The position numbers and the translations under genes were made by a program. A stretch of 58,438 nucleotides of DNA, the filler included, from Sphacelaria rigidula (Eukaryota), in the NCBI GenBank assembly GCA_964200075.2. It is 7 parts of 7 records of this genome, joined end to end, with 100 filler letters (N's around TTAATTAATTAA, not from the genome) between each part and the next. Parts side by side here need not be neighbours in the genome. Positions count along the whole stretch, not along the records: positions 33,453 to 41,714 come from CAXNAA020011733.1; positions 41,815 to 50,076 come from CAXNAA020011734.1; positions 50,177 to 58,438 come from CAXNAA020011735.1; 4 more parts are not named here. One strand, 5' to 3'. The notes beneath the pieces were generated by a model. It ran no database searches and was not told the origin of the DNA. It was given only the letters and a program-made list of their open reading frames with translations. Shown piece after piece: positions 38,326 through 50,682 of the stretch. Positions within the stretch are counted from its first letter, which is position 1. Every line of letters begins with the position of its first letter.

Positions 38326-38969
38326 CAATGATGACGATAATGACAATAATAAATAATAATAAATGAATAATAATGACGTCTAATTTGCCCTTTTTCTCAC
38401 AAGTACAGTCGATGAAAACGCGAGGACTTACGTGAGGATCTACGTGAGTAGAAAAAAGAGTGTGTTTGATTGAGTGTGTTAGAGGTCAGTCGACGCGCTG
38501 CGGGAGTATTATTCATGATCCAATCCCCGATACCAAAATGTAAGGATGCGTGTACCGGGGGAAAGATGGGTTGCTCCCTTTGGACCACGGACTCGTCCCG
38601 AGGAAGGAGAGGGGATTTATTATAAGTGCGACAAATAAAATAATACACATCACTGATGAACACAATGAGGTGATGGGATATATATAGAGTGCCCTGTTGA
38701 GTTTTGTGGGTACAGTTAGCAATGCCGTATACTATACTACACTGTACGGCACACCGATCCACTGGGCTGCGTTAAAGCTCGTGGCATTTTAGACCTCGAG
38801 GCTGCTACGATGATTCACCGGGGTCCGATAGCTTAGCAGCCTGAGGGACCCTGGGATTAGCTTTGGTTAAGATGTTACAGATCTCAGTGACCTAAACAGT
38901 CATCGCAGCGATGACTGTTTAGGTCACTGGTATCTGTAACATCACAACATAGACCATCGTTGGCATCCC

Positions 38970-39000
<31 letters not shown>

Positions 39001-39170
39001 CATTTTCATCATTTTCATCATTTATTATCATTATTATCATTATTATCATCAAATGTATTATTACGCTAATGTCTCGCCGCTCTATACTGGAATCGAGTAA
39101 GCAAAATGATCCGCCGCTCCATACCGGAATCAAGTAAGCGTGTGATCCTTCTCGGAACACTAATTTACAT
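38160..39170. repeat. Diverged inverted repeat, arms about 200 bp ending in (GAT/AAT)n microsatellite
   Basis: tgtaaattacggttccgaaaaggat...cagtattgagcggcgagacatt+(gat)n vs the reverse complement at 38970-39170. Confidence 0.75.
38871..38943. repeat. Near-perfect palindrome/hairpin, 73 bp
   Basis: 36-bp arms, 34/36 complementary, single central base at 38907. Confidence 0.95.
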
Positions 39171-41714
39171 GAAAAAAACCACGTGGTCAGGAGCAGCAAA
39201 AAAAGAGGCCACAAACAGCAGCGAGAGCCGAAAAAAATAGAAAAGAATAGACGCTTCAACAGCGAACCACAAACAGCGAGAGCCCCCAAAAAATAGAACA
39301 TAATAGATGCCAATCGCGTACGACAAGTTACAGCCTGCTGGTGGACATTCGTCCGTCTGAGTGGGGGGTTCGTTTCGCTGGTCCGCTGTGCTTGTGCTTG
39401 CCGTGTCGTGTGCTGCGCGCGCGATATGATACGCGCGATATGATGAACCGTCCCTCTCGTGCATGGTGGATTGAAAAATCCATCATTGGTTGCGGGCGAC
39501 AGTACCCCAGTGGACAACAACTCTGTTTGCAAGCAGAGGAAGCCCGACCAAGTCATGACAACCACCGTCAGTCAATCCAGTAAGTCCTCACCATTTTATC
39601 GTGCCGCTCATGGTTAGGCCCACCGATTCCTTTCAGCTGGCACCACCGTCCCAAGATGAGCGGGTTTCTCCGGCAAGTATGGCATTGACTAAACACCGGT
39701 TGTTCGTTCGCGTAAAACCAGCCGTGCTGCGCTTGTGGCGTGTTCTGTCCACAAACATGCCCTCACGTAAAACCAGGTGTGCTGCACGTGTGGCGTGTTT
39801 CGTCGCGTTGGGTTGGAGCTGTTGCGTTGTAGACGTGTAACGTCCGTCAGTCATGTGTTTCAGTCGTTGAAATTTCCAGACCTCTCTCCTACTACTAGAG
39901 GTATCAAAACTCGGCTCCCGGTATAATGGTGTATCCGCTGGGTCTGAGTTGTGCATTGTTTTTTCAAGTGAAAGTGATCGCGATTCATGAGAGGACCTGA
40001 CCTGGCAGTCAAACAGTCTCATCATCTGATGAATCGGCATCACTTTCACTTGAAAAATAGAGCAAAAGAAACCAGGATACCGGGAGCCGAGTTTGAGATA
40101 CTTCTACTAAGACCACTTCGTATGGCAGTCGAAAAAACGGATCTGTACGCAGATCAGGGGACCTCAGATCCGGAAACGCATTGTATGGGCCCCGATTTGA
40201 ACCAAATCGGGGAAGCTCAGATTCGTTTGCCACGATTTCAGAACGGTTTTACACGAATCTGAGCCCAGATCCGTGGAAAATCGAGGTCCCCCGAATCTGT
40301 AGCAACTGGAGTACGTATGTTGACGTACAATGAAAGGGGAACAGGCATTTTGTATTTTTAAAACAACAGCAGCAGACAGTCTCGTGACAGCACAGACATT
40401 GCCTGCAAGCGCCGGCTGCTGGAGCAGCTCCGCACGGGGTTTGGCAAGCGGATAAGGAGCGTTGACGCCGTACCTGCGGTGATGGCAATTTTTATGCTAC
40501 ACTGTACTGATGTATGTATGATCATGACGAACGGTACTGTACAATCGAGCACTCTGCTGTCGCGTTACTTGCAGGGTGATGAATGACACTGCACTCGTGA
40601 ACTCTTGCCGCATACCGTGCACTGTTCTCGCAATGCCGACTGTGCCATCATGTGTTACCACAGGGCATTATCGTGTACTGTGATTGTGGAGTGTACTGCA
40701 CTGCATCATACCCGAGAGTATCATGGTACGACGCTGCTCTTGAAGGATGACTCCCTACCTCCCTGTTCTTCGGTTTCACTGTGATACCACACCCGCCCAG
40801 AAAATGACCGTTGGTGTACAGAACGATTTCAAAAATCTGTGAAGCCATACAGGGGTACACACAAAAATAAAGCGTATAGATTGCAGACAAACTCCGCAGA
40901 AGGAACATAGGGTACTACAAACAAATAGAAGAGAAAAAACTCCTGTGTTGGCCTTCCTCCTGTGTGACCGCGGCTGATGCGCCCACATATACCGAAAGGT
41001 GCGGACTGGCGTCCAGAATAGATGGCATGACAACACACACAGAGGGGAAGGGACCTCTGAAGAACTCTTCTCACGAATGTAAGGGAAGGCAAGTACCACA
41101 GAAGGAACGCGGACTTCGCAAAACAAAATTTAAACTCTGGCCTTGCTCTGTGAACGTCTCCTGACTTGCCAGTACGTGCCTCTCTGTCTTCAAAAATACA
41201 AAATAACGAAAATAAGAGCAATACCCAGTAGTAGTGGTCGGTCGCCCCAGTGGCTTGTACCCTCGAATCCTTCTGACGGTTGGGACGTTGGTTCGAATCT
41301 CGATGAAGTCACACGAACTGGAATTGCTCTCACACCATACCCAACAGTGGAGAGCGACTATGTCGTGGGTATCCGAAGTTCGACTGCATGGTCGACGAGG
41401 GAAAGGGAGTGCTGAATCCCTCTCGCGATAAAAAATATGCCGAGCACCAGGGGGCATCGCGGAGAATTTTTTCGGACACGTCCCCCCCGCCCTCCTCCCC
41501 GAGGGATATATTTTCGGAAATTGTCATGTTTTGTTTTGTCAACTTTGTCGCATCGCAAGAAATTGATCAATGAACACTAAACCGGATCTGCATATATTCA
41601 CAGAAAGATTCGTATAGAAAACCGTGGTCCTCGGCGATGTGTGCGGTACGAGTAATAAATACGACCGACCTAACCCCCCCCCCCTCCCCCAGAATCTCCC
41701 TGAAACTATTTGGG

Positions 41715-41814
41715 NNNNNNNNNNNNNNNNNNNNNNNNNNNNNNNNNNNNNNNNNNNNTTAATTAATTAANNNNNNNNNNNNNNNNNNNNNNNNNNNNNN
41801 NNNNNNNNNNNNNN
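41715..41814. other. Artificial contig linker
   Basis: Same 100-bp linker. Confidence 0.98.
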
Positions 41815-41887
41815 CATGCCACCTTTGTTCACGTCTCGCATTTCCCCCTCTAGCACATCCCGTTCCTCCTTGTATAGCTCACATTCT
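41815..41887 (-). mobile_element. Probable LINE ORF2 C-terminal fragment
   Basis: ECELYKEERDVLEGEMRDVNKGGM resembles the Cys/His-rich C-terminus of non-LTR elements in brown algae (from recall, not searched). Confidence 0.5.
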
Positions 41888-43332
41888 GGGGGGCAGGCGA
41901 AACAACCACTGCCGCGAGTGTGGATCTGACCGCAGTGGGAATTCCACTCCACATCAGCATCATGACCATGAACCGTCGCCAAAGCCTGATTCCCGCTCAC
42001 ATTTTGCATCCCCACACGACCCACACAACAACCACCATCCTAATCCAACCCCTCAACCCTCACCATGCAGAGTCCGCAATTGCAACATATGCCGTGATCG
42101 AACTGTAGATTATTCCACACGTGGCGATGGGCAAAGTCATGTTGATACGTCAAGGCAATCGATATCTGAACCCGGAGCAGCGTGTCCCTCACCATCACGG
42201 GAGAAACCACCCCCCACGCCACCATTACTCCAACACCCATACCCAGGCCAACGTCTACTACCACACCAAAACGTTCCGCCACAACAATAATCCTCAACAT
42301 TTCAACGATTCCTGAAATTCCAGGGAGTCTCACTCGCGTGCAAACCTTGCACAGTGGAATGGACCCACTACTACTGACGAAGATTTCACCCCATCGGCAG
42401 GGACGGTTTCGACGGCGTTGGATATGCTCATGACGTCCAAAGCCATGAACCTTCGTCACATAGAACACTGTCCCAACATCAGCAGCACCAAAATCCCACT
42501 GGATACCCCACACCGCAAGACACTTATCATTCCTCTCCACCAACAGACAATTACCCAGAGCACCCCACCTACCAGCAACATCCTTCACCAACAGACCACC
42601 CTCAATAGCAACACTCCCAACAGTACCACCCGCCGTGCCAGCAGCATCACTACTACTATCCCTACCAAGACAACAGTTAACATCATCACCAAACCGCAGC
42701 CCCACCGCAAGAACAACAGCAGCAGCATCAACAGCCTGCCGCCCCCCCAGCCACATCTGCTCCGCCGCCTGATACGTATACTTCGGATTATCCACAAGCA
42801 TACATGGCATTCTTCATGTCAAAAGGCGAGTCTCGGTTTCGGCTTGGTAATGTTGATTTGCAGGGGTACGCTATGATGCATCGTGGGGAGGTATTGGGTA
42901 CAGATGATGATTTGGAAGAGTGAATATCGGACACAAGGGCATCACACCATACGACTGGGAAGATGGATGGGATGTTCGATGTTCGAGTTCCCCCTCATGG
43001 TAACGAGAATGTGATTTTAGGGGATGGTACAGTACTTCCAGTAAGAGCGGTCGGGAGCCTCAACCTCAAATTTTACATGAGATCGAATGACGGGACTGAG
43101 CGCACTAGTTTTCGTGTTAAGCTTACTGACGTGTATGTGCTCGATGGTATCAAATTCAACCTTTTCCCCTTACATCAGGCACAGTACAAACAGGATATTA
43201 CTTTGACCAAAGCAGGCGTATCGTTGTTGGACGGACAATTGCAATTCGACTGTAACTCGCGTTCATCCTCTCAATTCGCAAGACGTTTGCCGCCCACATA
43301 GCACGATGCTTCGATTACAGTTCCCGTCATGA

Positions 43333-43625
43333 GGAACCCCCCGGATGTTCTGTCTGCGAGTGATACTGTAAGCAACCCCCCGGACGTTCTGTATGCGAGT
43401 GGTACTGTAAGTAACCCCCCGGATGTTCTGTCTGCGAGTAACACTGTAAGCAACCCCCCGGATGTTCTGTCTGCGAGTGATAATGTCAGTGCTCAACCGA
43501 ACACTATGTCTTCGGGTACTTCTGTCGGTGCAACCCCACCTAGTTTAGTGCAATCTACTGCATCGGTATTCTTCGCGTGATGCAGTAAGGAACCCCCGGA
43601 TGTTTTGCCTGCGAGTGATACTGTC
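43333..43625 (+). repeat. 39-bp tandem repeat, four copies plus a detached fifth, between protease and integrase
   Basis: aaccccccggatgttctgtctgcgagtgatactgtaagc (NPPDVLSASDTVS). Confidence 0.9.
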
Positions 43626-44825
43626 AACCCATTCAGTAGATTTTCCACAGGATTGACTGCTGTTCCAGGTTTGCACTTGCCGGATCTACTGCTGAGCCAG
43701 GAAGATGTGATTGCTACCTGTTGTTCCCCAGAGTTTTCCCCTCGGATTCTAAGCCTTCAGGAATTGAGTAAGGAGGAGGTTTTGGATTTGGCACTTGTAG
43801 TTATAGCACCCGGCCGCCGACCCTCCACTGTCGGTAAGCACCAACAAACGTTGGACATCAACTACTTTCACGGATCCCTTTACCACGCTCATGAGACCAT
43901 CCTCCGAGCGACCGCCGCCCAATGGGGCATTACTCTCACAGGGCAGCTGGCGCCGTGCGCAGTGTGTGTGGAGTCAAAAGGGCGACGCGCTGGGATTCCA
44001 CATTTGAGTACTCGGTCACCCACAGTCCTCGGCATCGTCCACCTCGATCTCACAGGACCACATGTGCGGACACCAGGCGGGTCACTATACATGCTTGCCT
44101 GTGTGGATAGTAAGTCTCGCTTCATCATGCTTTGCGGTTTGGCGAGGAAGGCACACGCTTTGGCAAAAGTGAAGGAATATATGGGCGCCGACAACGAGTT
44201 CGGTGTTCCTCGGTGCTTCCGCATCGACAACGGGGGTGAGTTTCGTTCGCAAAACTTCATCGATTTTCGTGACGAGGTACGGATTCGCCGCGAGTATACA
44301 GCGCCCGAAACCCCAAAGCAAAACGCTGTGGCCGAAAGCGCAATCTGGCGCATGATGAAGGCTGGTCACGCTGCGCGATGTGAAGCTCCGCGTCTCTTCC
44401 CTGCTGAGGTTTTCACGGCCATCCCCGGACTCGGTGGCACCTTGGATAGATAGACTCTGGTTGGAGTCCGCAGTCTGGGCCGCGGATGGCTTCAACCGCT
44501 CCGCCACGATGGTCAACCCTGGAAGGATCCCGCCGTACCAGGTCTTCACCGGCCGTGCCCCTCCTCTTCAGATCGTTCCTTTTCTCCAACCTGGAATGAT
44601 GAGGGTCACACGACGTTTCAAGATGGACCCGCAAGCCGTCAAGTGCTACTATCTCAACAACGGGTGCAACCACTCCTCCTGGACAGTCAAGGTCATCAAA
44701 GCCTCCACCGGAGCCGTCTGCTATACCAACAACGTGGTATGGACAGTGCCCCGCCTACCACTCCAACCACCAGCGCCGCTCGACGGAAGGGGGGGGGGGG
44801 CACGACAACACTGAGGCTTCAACTT

Positions 44826-45365
44826 CCGCCGACGCCGCCAACTTGCCGCCGCCACACCAACATGCCCCGCAACCACATCACTCCGCACCTGCCGCCGCCG
44901 CCAACTTGCCGCCGCCACACCAACATGCCCCGCAACCACATCACTCCGCACCTGTCGCCACCGCCAACTTGCCGCCGCCACACCAACATGCCCCGCAACC
45001 ACATCATTTAACACCTGTCGCCGCCGCCAACTTGCCGCCGCCACACCAACATGCCCCGCAACCACATCACTTCGCACCTGCCGCCGCCGCCAACTTGCCG
45101 CCGCCACACCACCACGCTCCCTCACAACGACATAATCCCGACACCACCGTCGACCCGCCGCCGCCGCGAAACCATGCCCACTCACAACCACAACAGCATG
45201 CCGCCGCCACCGCCGACCTGCCGTCGCGCCGACATCCTGGTCCACCACTACACCATACCGTACCCGTCGCCGCCGCGTACAACCCGCCGCTGCCGCGGAA
45301 CCAAGCCATCCCACCACCGCAATCGCAATCACATGCCGCCGCCGCCAACCTGCCGCCAACGCCAC
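44826..45365 (+). repeat. 63-bp tandem repeat (about four good copies, then degenerate ones) in the integrase-RT linker
   Basis: ccgccgccaacttgccgccgccacaccaacatgccccgcaaccacatcactccgcacctg repeated. Confidence 0.9.
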
Positions 45366-46539
45366 ACCATACTAGTCCGCGATATTATTTTCCCATTTCA
45401 CCACGGCCACATTATGCTGCTCCATAGGGATGACACCATAAACCCTTCTATCCCGTCCCGCCGCGACCGTTCAGTTTTTTTCCGCCGCGACCTTTTTATT
45501 CCATTCACACGCAACCGCGACATACTGCGGCACCACCACCATCCGTCGCCACGCAACACAGACAAAACCAGCGCGACATACGGTCGACTCCACCACCCCA
45601 GCAACCTCATTCTGTGCACCGTCAACCAACTTCACCCCGATTTTCAATGACTCGTCGGCACCATCATCTATCTCAGAGGTTTCATCATCAACTCACCATC
45701 TACAAGACCCCTCTCCATCACCGTTGCCCGACAACGTGATGAAGGAACTTGACCTGAGTAGTGACCCTCGGCAACCGGGAAGGACCCGGTCGGAGACGGC
45801 CCAGCATACAGCCGAGAGGAAGGAGGAAGACAGCACTGCACTTATTCATCACGAGAGGGATCTTTTCACGCAGCTCGACAAACCATCCCTTTTATCCGCT
45901 CAACGGACGCGCTCCGCAGTAGAGGTCGGAAGGAAGCGGCAGAGCGCCGGGGCAGGGGGACGCAAGGGTTTGCAATATCGGACTGCGACAATGATGGCAA
46001 CGCGCGAGGACATCAACATAGCAATGAAGGAGGAGCGTTCGCCGCATGAACCACCTAGACCTCCCCACCGCCCAGTGAGAGAGTTGACCACACCAAAGAC
46101 ATACGCTGAAGCAACACGTCCGGAACAGGGAGGTACATGGGAGGATTCCATGGCGCGAGAGTTTCAAGGCCTGCAGGAAGCGGGAACCATGGATGCGGTA
46201 ATATAGCAATCAGTAGATAATATTATTCCCGCGAAGTGGGTTTACAACTGGATGGCTGATGAGTTTGGGTGGCCAACAAAAGCGAAATCAAGACTGGTCG
46301 CGAGGGGAGATCGACAACGGGCAGACATTGACTTCGGTGAATTATATGCACCTACAGTAGCGATTTCGAGTGTACGATTGTTGACAGCACTTACTTGTGA
46401 GCAAAACCTTTCGATGCGCCATTGTGACATCGAGCAAACTTTCATCCAGTCAGTACTGAACGAAGATGTGTTCATGCGTTTGCCTCATGGCTGTGGTAAT
46501 TTATCTGGTAAGGTAGTGAGACTCAATAAATCACTCTAC

Positions 46540-46628
46540 GGTATTGGAAAGGCGAGCCTACGTCTGTGACCACGGGTTCGCGAGATCGGACTAATGTGCG
46601 GAAATAATAATAATAATAATAATAATAA

Positions 46629-46659
<31 letters not shown>

Positions 46660-46673
46660 AAGAAGAAAAATAA

Positions 46674-46748
<75 letters not shown>
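46540..46748 (+). mobile_element. 209-bp 5'-truncated retroposon insertion with (AAT)n(AAG)n(AAT)n tail, inside the Copia RT
   Basis: Splits the SLYG-x-KQASRQW motif; removing 209 bp puts the 46252 and 46824 ORFs in one frame. Confidence 0.85.
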
Positions 46749-46749
<1 letters not shown>

Positions 46750-48099
46750 GCCCCAAACAGGCTTCGAGACAGTGGCATCTCCATTTAGCAGGATGCCTTC
46801 AGAAATTAAGTTTTGATCAATGCTTGGTGGATTCATGTGTGTTTCGACTGATGGAGGATAAACAAGTAATGATCACCCTGGTGGTACATGTAGACGATAT
46901 ATTTGCCGTAGGGAATAAGGAAAGGTGTGATGGATTTGGTAAACAGCTGAACACTGTGGTTCCAGTCAAGAATCTAGGAGAACTGAGATGGTATTCGGGA
47001 CTATATTACGAGAGGGACTTGAAAAGGGGGACACTTCCTGTATCGCAGCAGACTTCTGCAGAAGAGTTGGCGGAGGAGTACATTATATCTTGGGGGAATA
47101 AGACCCCTATGAGTGCAGGTGTGAAACTGGAGGATTTCAATGAAGATGAGCAGGTCACGACGTTTCCATTCAGAGAATTGGTAGGGTCACTCATGTGGCT
47201 GGCAAATCAGACTAGACCGGATATTTGTAACGCGGTGAGAGCGGTAGCGAGATATTGCGCATCCCCAAGGTTGATTCACTGGCGCACTGCTCTTGGGATA
47301 CTTGGATATGTTAGGCGAACGAGTACATTGGGAATCACTTTTCGGCGAGGCAGTTTACAAGATCTCAGCTTTCAAGCATATGTAGATGCAGATTACGCGA
47401 GTAAGGCTGCCGATAGGCGATCAGTGTCGGGTGGACTAGTTATGTGCGGGGGTGGATGTGTGTCATGGTTCTCGAGGACGCAAAAGTGTGTGACGTTGTC
47501 GACTTCTGAAGCAGAATACGTTGCAATGACTGACTTGGTGAAGGAGGTGCTATTTTTGAGACGGGTGTGGGAATTCGTGTTGCCCGAAGTTGGGGAAACT
47601 CGCATCCTAATGTTCGAGGACAATCAGGGTGCTATTCAAATGGCACAGAATCCCATATCAAACTCTAACACTAACCACATAGATGTAAGTACCATGTTAT
47701 CAGGAAATTAGTGGCAAGGGGGAATATTTCAATTTTTCATGTCAGATCGGAGTACCAGCATGCCGATTTTTTTACGAAAGTTTTACCGGCAGAATGTTTT
47801 GAATTCCATCGTAACTATGTCATGAGTATATTTTGATTACCGTTGGGAGAAGAGTATATGTTTACTAAAATGTTTTTGGAAAAACACGGTCATGAGTTTT
47901 GATGCTTCATACCCCCGAAAATGGTAAGATGATATGAGGTCAGGGGGGCATGTAATTCGGGACGCGATGTGCATCGACGATTTTGGTTTTGATTGCTGAA
48001 TCTTCCATGTATCACGGCATTTATGTTTTGAATTCGCCTGATCTCATTTGATGAAACTACGTTTTTTGTGTGAGATAAGAGTAAGGCTCAGCCTCAACG

Positions 48100-48460
48100 T
48101 GGGGGCTAATTGAATATCGTCGAGCTGAACAATAGTGCATATGTACTTGGATCAATTCGGGTACATGAGGTGCTGATTGATCAAGTATCCTGGGTATCAG
48201 ATTGCGTACATTGACGGATAATGTTGTGACTGGGGTCGGAATGCTTGGGGGAAATCGACAGGCAGTCCTGCCCACCTTCGTCAGTTGTGTTTTTGGGTGC
48301 ATTTTGGTCAGTGCGTTTTGGGTTGGAGAGAGCAGCTCGGGTGGAGCGTGCACGGTTGATGTGTGGTGAGTGAAGGTTATAAGAGGTTAATACAAGAAGA
48401 AGGTATACACATCCCCCTCTTCAGAGCGCGTCCCCTACGGGATCATCCCTTTATCAAATA
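48100..48460 (+). mobile_element. Probable single LTR of the Copia element (boundaries uncertain)
   Basis: Lies between the pol end and the gag start; G-rich tract gtgggggc near 48099, TG at 48111, TATA-like ttataag near 48378, ttatCA at 48456; no second copy to confirm. Confidence 0.4.
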
Positions 48461-48564
48461 CGCTAGCGAGTTTGAAACGGGTAGACAGCAGCAGGGGTAG
48501 CAGGGAAGTAAGTAGAGAGTTTGAGCAATATCTAGCAGCACGTTCTTGTGCTTGAGCCAGCTCG

Positions 48565-48860
48565 AGGCAAGATACAGCAGCACTTTATAGCGCTTGAGCC
48601 TTCAAAGAGAGTCACGCAGTGAGCGTTTGTTACGGTCAGAGGCAAAATTCAGCAGCACTTTATAGCGCTTGAGTCTTCAAAGAGAGTCACGCAGTGAGCG
48701 TTTGTTACGGCCAGAGGCAAAATTCAGCAGCATTTTATAGCGCTTGAGCCTTCAAAGAGAGTCACGCAGTGAGCGTTTGTCGCGGTCAGAAGCAAAATTC
48801 AGCAGCACTTTAGAGCAGCTTGAGCCTTCAACGAGAGTTACGCAGTCAGCGTTTGTTACA
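48565..48860 (+). repeat. 75-bp tandem repeat, four copies, in the leader upstream of gag
   Basis: cagcagca(c/t)ttt starts at 48575, 48650, 48725 and 48800. Confidence 0.95.
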
Positions 48861-48991
48861 GTTTGAACAATAGAGCCACATTTGATTACGCTTGAGTCAA
48901 CAAGGAAGGGAATCAACAAGTGAGAGGTCAAGGAGAGTTTGAGACAAACAATTCAACAACAAGTAACAGTAGTAGATAATAAAAGTCGGTC

Positions 48992-50025
48992 CATGGCTAA
49001 CATGAACTACAGTACTGAAGAGTTAACGGAAAAACTCAGGCGTATGGATGTAGAGCAGACCGAAAAACTACGAATCATGGAAGAAAAACAGGCAGAGCTT
49101 ATCGAGGCCGCAAAACGCGATGCTGTTGCAGAGTACGAAAGATATAGGAGTATGCATTTGGGCGCAGTCGCACAAGGTAATCCCACGGTGGGTACAGCAC
49201 ACCGCGAGCAGGAGAACAACCCACGTTTTTTTCCAGAGTTCCGAAGCGACAACTTCACGGGAGGGCAACGTGCCCCACCCAACTTTGTAAGAGTACGCAA
49301 CAATACGAGCATTCACCCATGGGACGGTACAGTAAAAGCAGGGGAAAATTTGGAGTCCAAGTTTCGTGTGTTTCAAGTTAAGATGATCGGATATTTTCGT
49401 GCCGAGAAATGCTATGATGCTCTGTTTGTTCAAGACCCCATTCGAGTGTTTCATGGAAGAGAAGAAGAGTTGACAAGGCAGCATGGGTTCAGGGCAGTAC
49501 AGGAAGCTCAACGTGCCCACGATATACTCCTCGAAAAAATCACCGCTCCCGTAATGGTAGAAAACTTTGTGATGCTTGGTTCGCCTAGTGAGTCTTGGGA
49601 TTATTTTTGTTCAGTACTGTACCGTTTCGCCTACCTCTGATAAGGCGCGTCTTGAGCACGAATGGTCATGCCTGCAGATATCCCCGGGCGAAAGCCCTTT
49701 GGTGTTTCTAAATAGGGCGAATCTGATCCGCTAGAAGAGACACCATTTTGGTCATGTAATTTCGGAGTCTGATGCAAACAGACATTACGTACGCAGGCTG
49801 TCATCGGAATATCAGATTCAGAGAGGGATCCTCCTCGCGATGCCAGATATCGACACTGAGACCCTTCACAGAACGGTAAAAACTGCTCACGCAGAGTTGG
49901 AACTGTCACGAAATAGAATAGACTCTCGAAATAACCATGCTCTGTCTGCTATAGCTCAGGATGTATCGCGGAGTGACGTATCGGGGAGGCGACGCGGAGG
50001 CAGGGGGGGGGGGGGGGGGACGTAG
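48992..50025 (+). mobile_element. gag: Decayed Copia gag (N-terminal and UBN2-like part)
   Basis: ORF MANMNYSTEEL...; after a frameshift near 49620, DKARLEHEWSCLQISPGESPLVFLNRANLIR*...RRLSSEY, then NHAL and an RGGRGGG tract. Confidence 0.75.
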
Positions 50026-50076
50026 ATGCGGGCTTCCGGAGGTTTTCGCGGGTGGCAAGCAGCCCCCTTGCGGCAG

Positions 50077-50176
50077 NNNNNNNNNNNNNNNNNNNNNNNN
50101 NNNNNNNNNNNNNNNNNNNNTTAATTAATTAANNNNNNNNNNNNNNNNNNNNNNNNNNNNNNNNNNNNNNNNNNNN
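50077..50176. other. Artificial contig linker
   Basis: Same 100-bp linker. Confidence 0.98.
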
Positions 50177-50391
50177 GCTGGCCTCCTCTTCCTTCCTGTG
50201 CCATGAGGTCATGAACCTCTCCGTTCCTTGCAGCACTCCCGCGTGCCACGGCAACCCCCCCTCCTTCTTTGCTGCTGTGGGGTATATGGGAATAATCTGT
50301 GATGTAAACTGAGGAAGAAAACACGAACAAGTATTGTATCCTCTACATATTCTAGAAGTATGTCTGGGTGTCAAATTTGATACAAAAAAAA

Positions 50392-50682
50392 TGTTTTTCG
50401 TGAGATTGAGAGTAGAGGATACGGTTGAGAGTGAAAAGCGGTCAATTAGTGAGTGGATCGTTTCAGTTCCGAAATGCCCCTCCAAGAGGCCCGATATGCT
50501 TTCTGTAATAGCTTGCCACCGAGACCCTTGATATCCTCAAGTAGGATATCAACGTGAAGCTGTAAGCACACGCCAGTGATGGAGGCAAAGAAAAGCACAC
50601 ACGGAATGAAGCATTGGCTAAGTTGAAGCGAAGGATTACGACCACTCTTAATCGACGCTCTACTCCCAATCTCACGAAGATG
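50392..50682. mobile_element. MITE-like element of about 290 bp, copy 2
   Basis: tgtttttcgtgagattgagagtagag / ctctactcccaatctcacgaaga; reverse orientation relative to 28893-29182 (shared cactggcgtg, ggatatcaaggg, taattgacc). Confidence 0.75.

Larger units (their letters stand above)
42912..47836 (+). mobile_element. pol: Decayed Ty1/Copia pol: protease, integrase, reverse transcriptase, RNase H
   Basis: E*ISDTRASHHTTG (protease, disabled); HGSLYHAH..CAVC, HLDLTGP, RIDNGGEF, QNAVAES (integrase); KSRLVARG, LNKSLYG, VVHVDDI (RT); YVDADYA, EAEY, EDNQGAI (RNase H); Copia domain order; several stops and frameshifts. Confidence 0.95.

Noticed and set aside
25090..41714. Kinase plus Hsp70 as a functional cluster
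   Set aside because: They are on different contigs separated by an artificial linker.
46523..46836. Poly-L/I/Y/N/K ORFs
   Set aside because: Translations of the (AAT)n(AAG)n tail.
48565..48860. CRISPR-like array (also considered for the 39- and 63-bp repeats)
   Set aside because: Head-to-tail repeats with no unique spacers, no cas genes, inside a eukaryotic retrotransposon.
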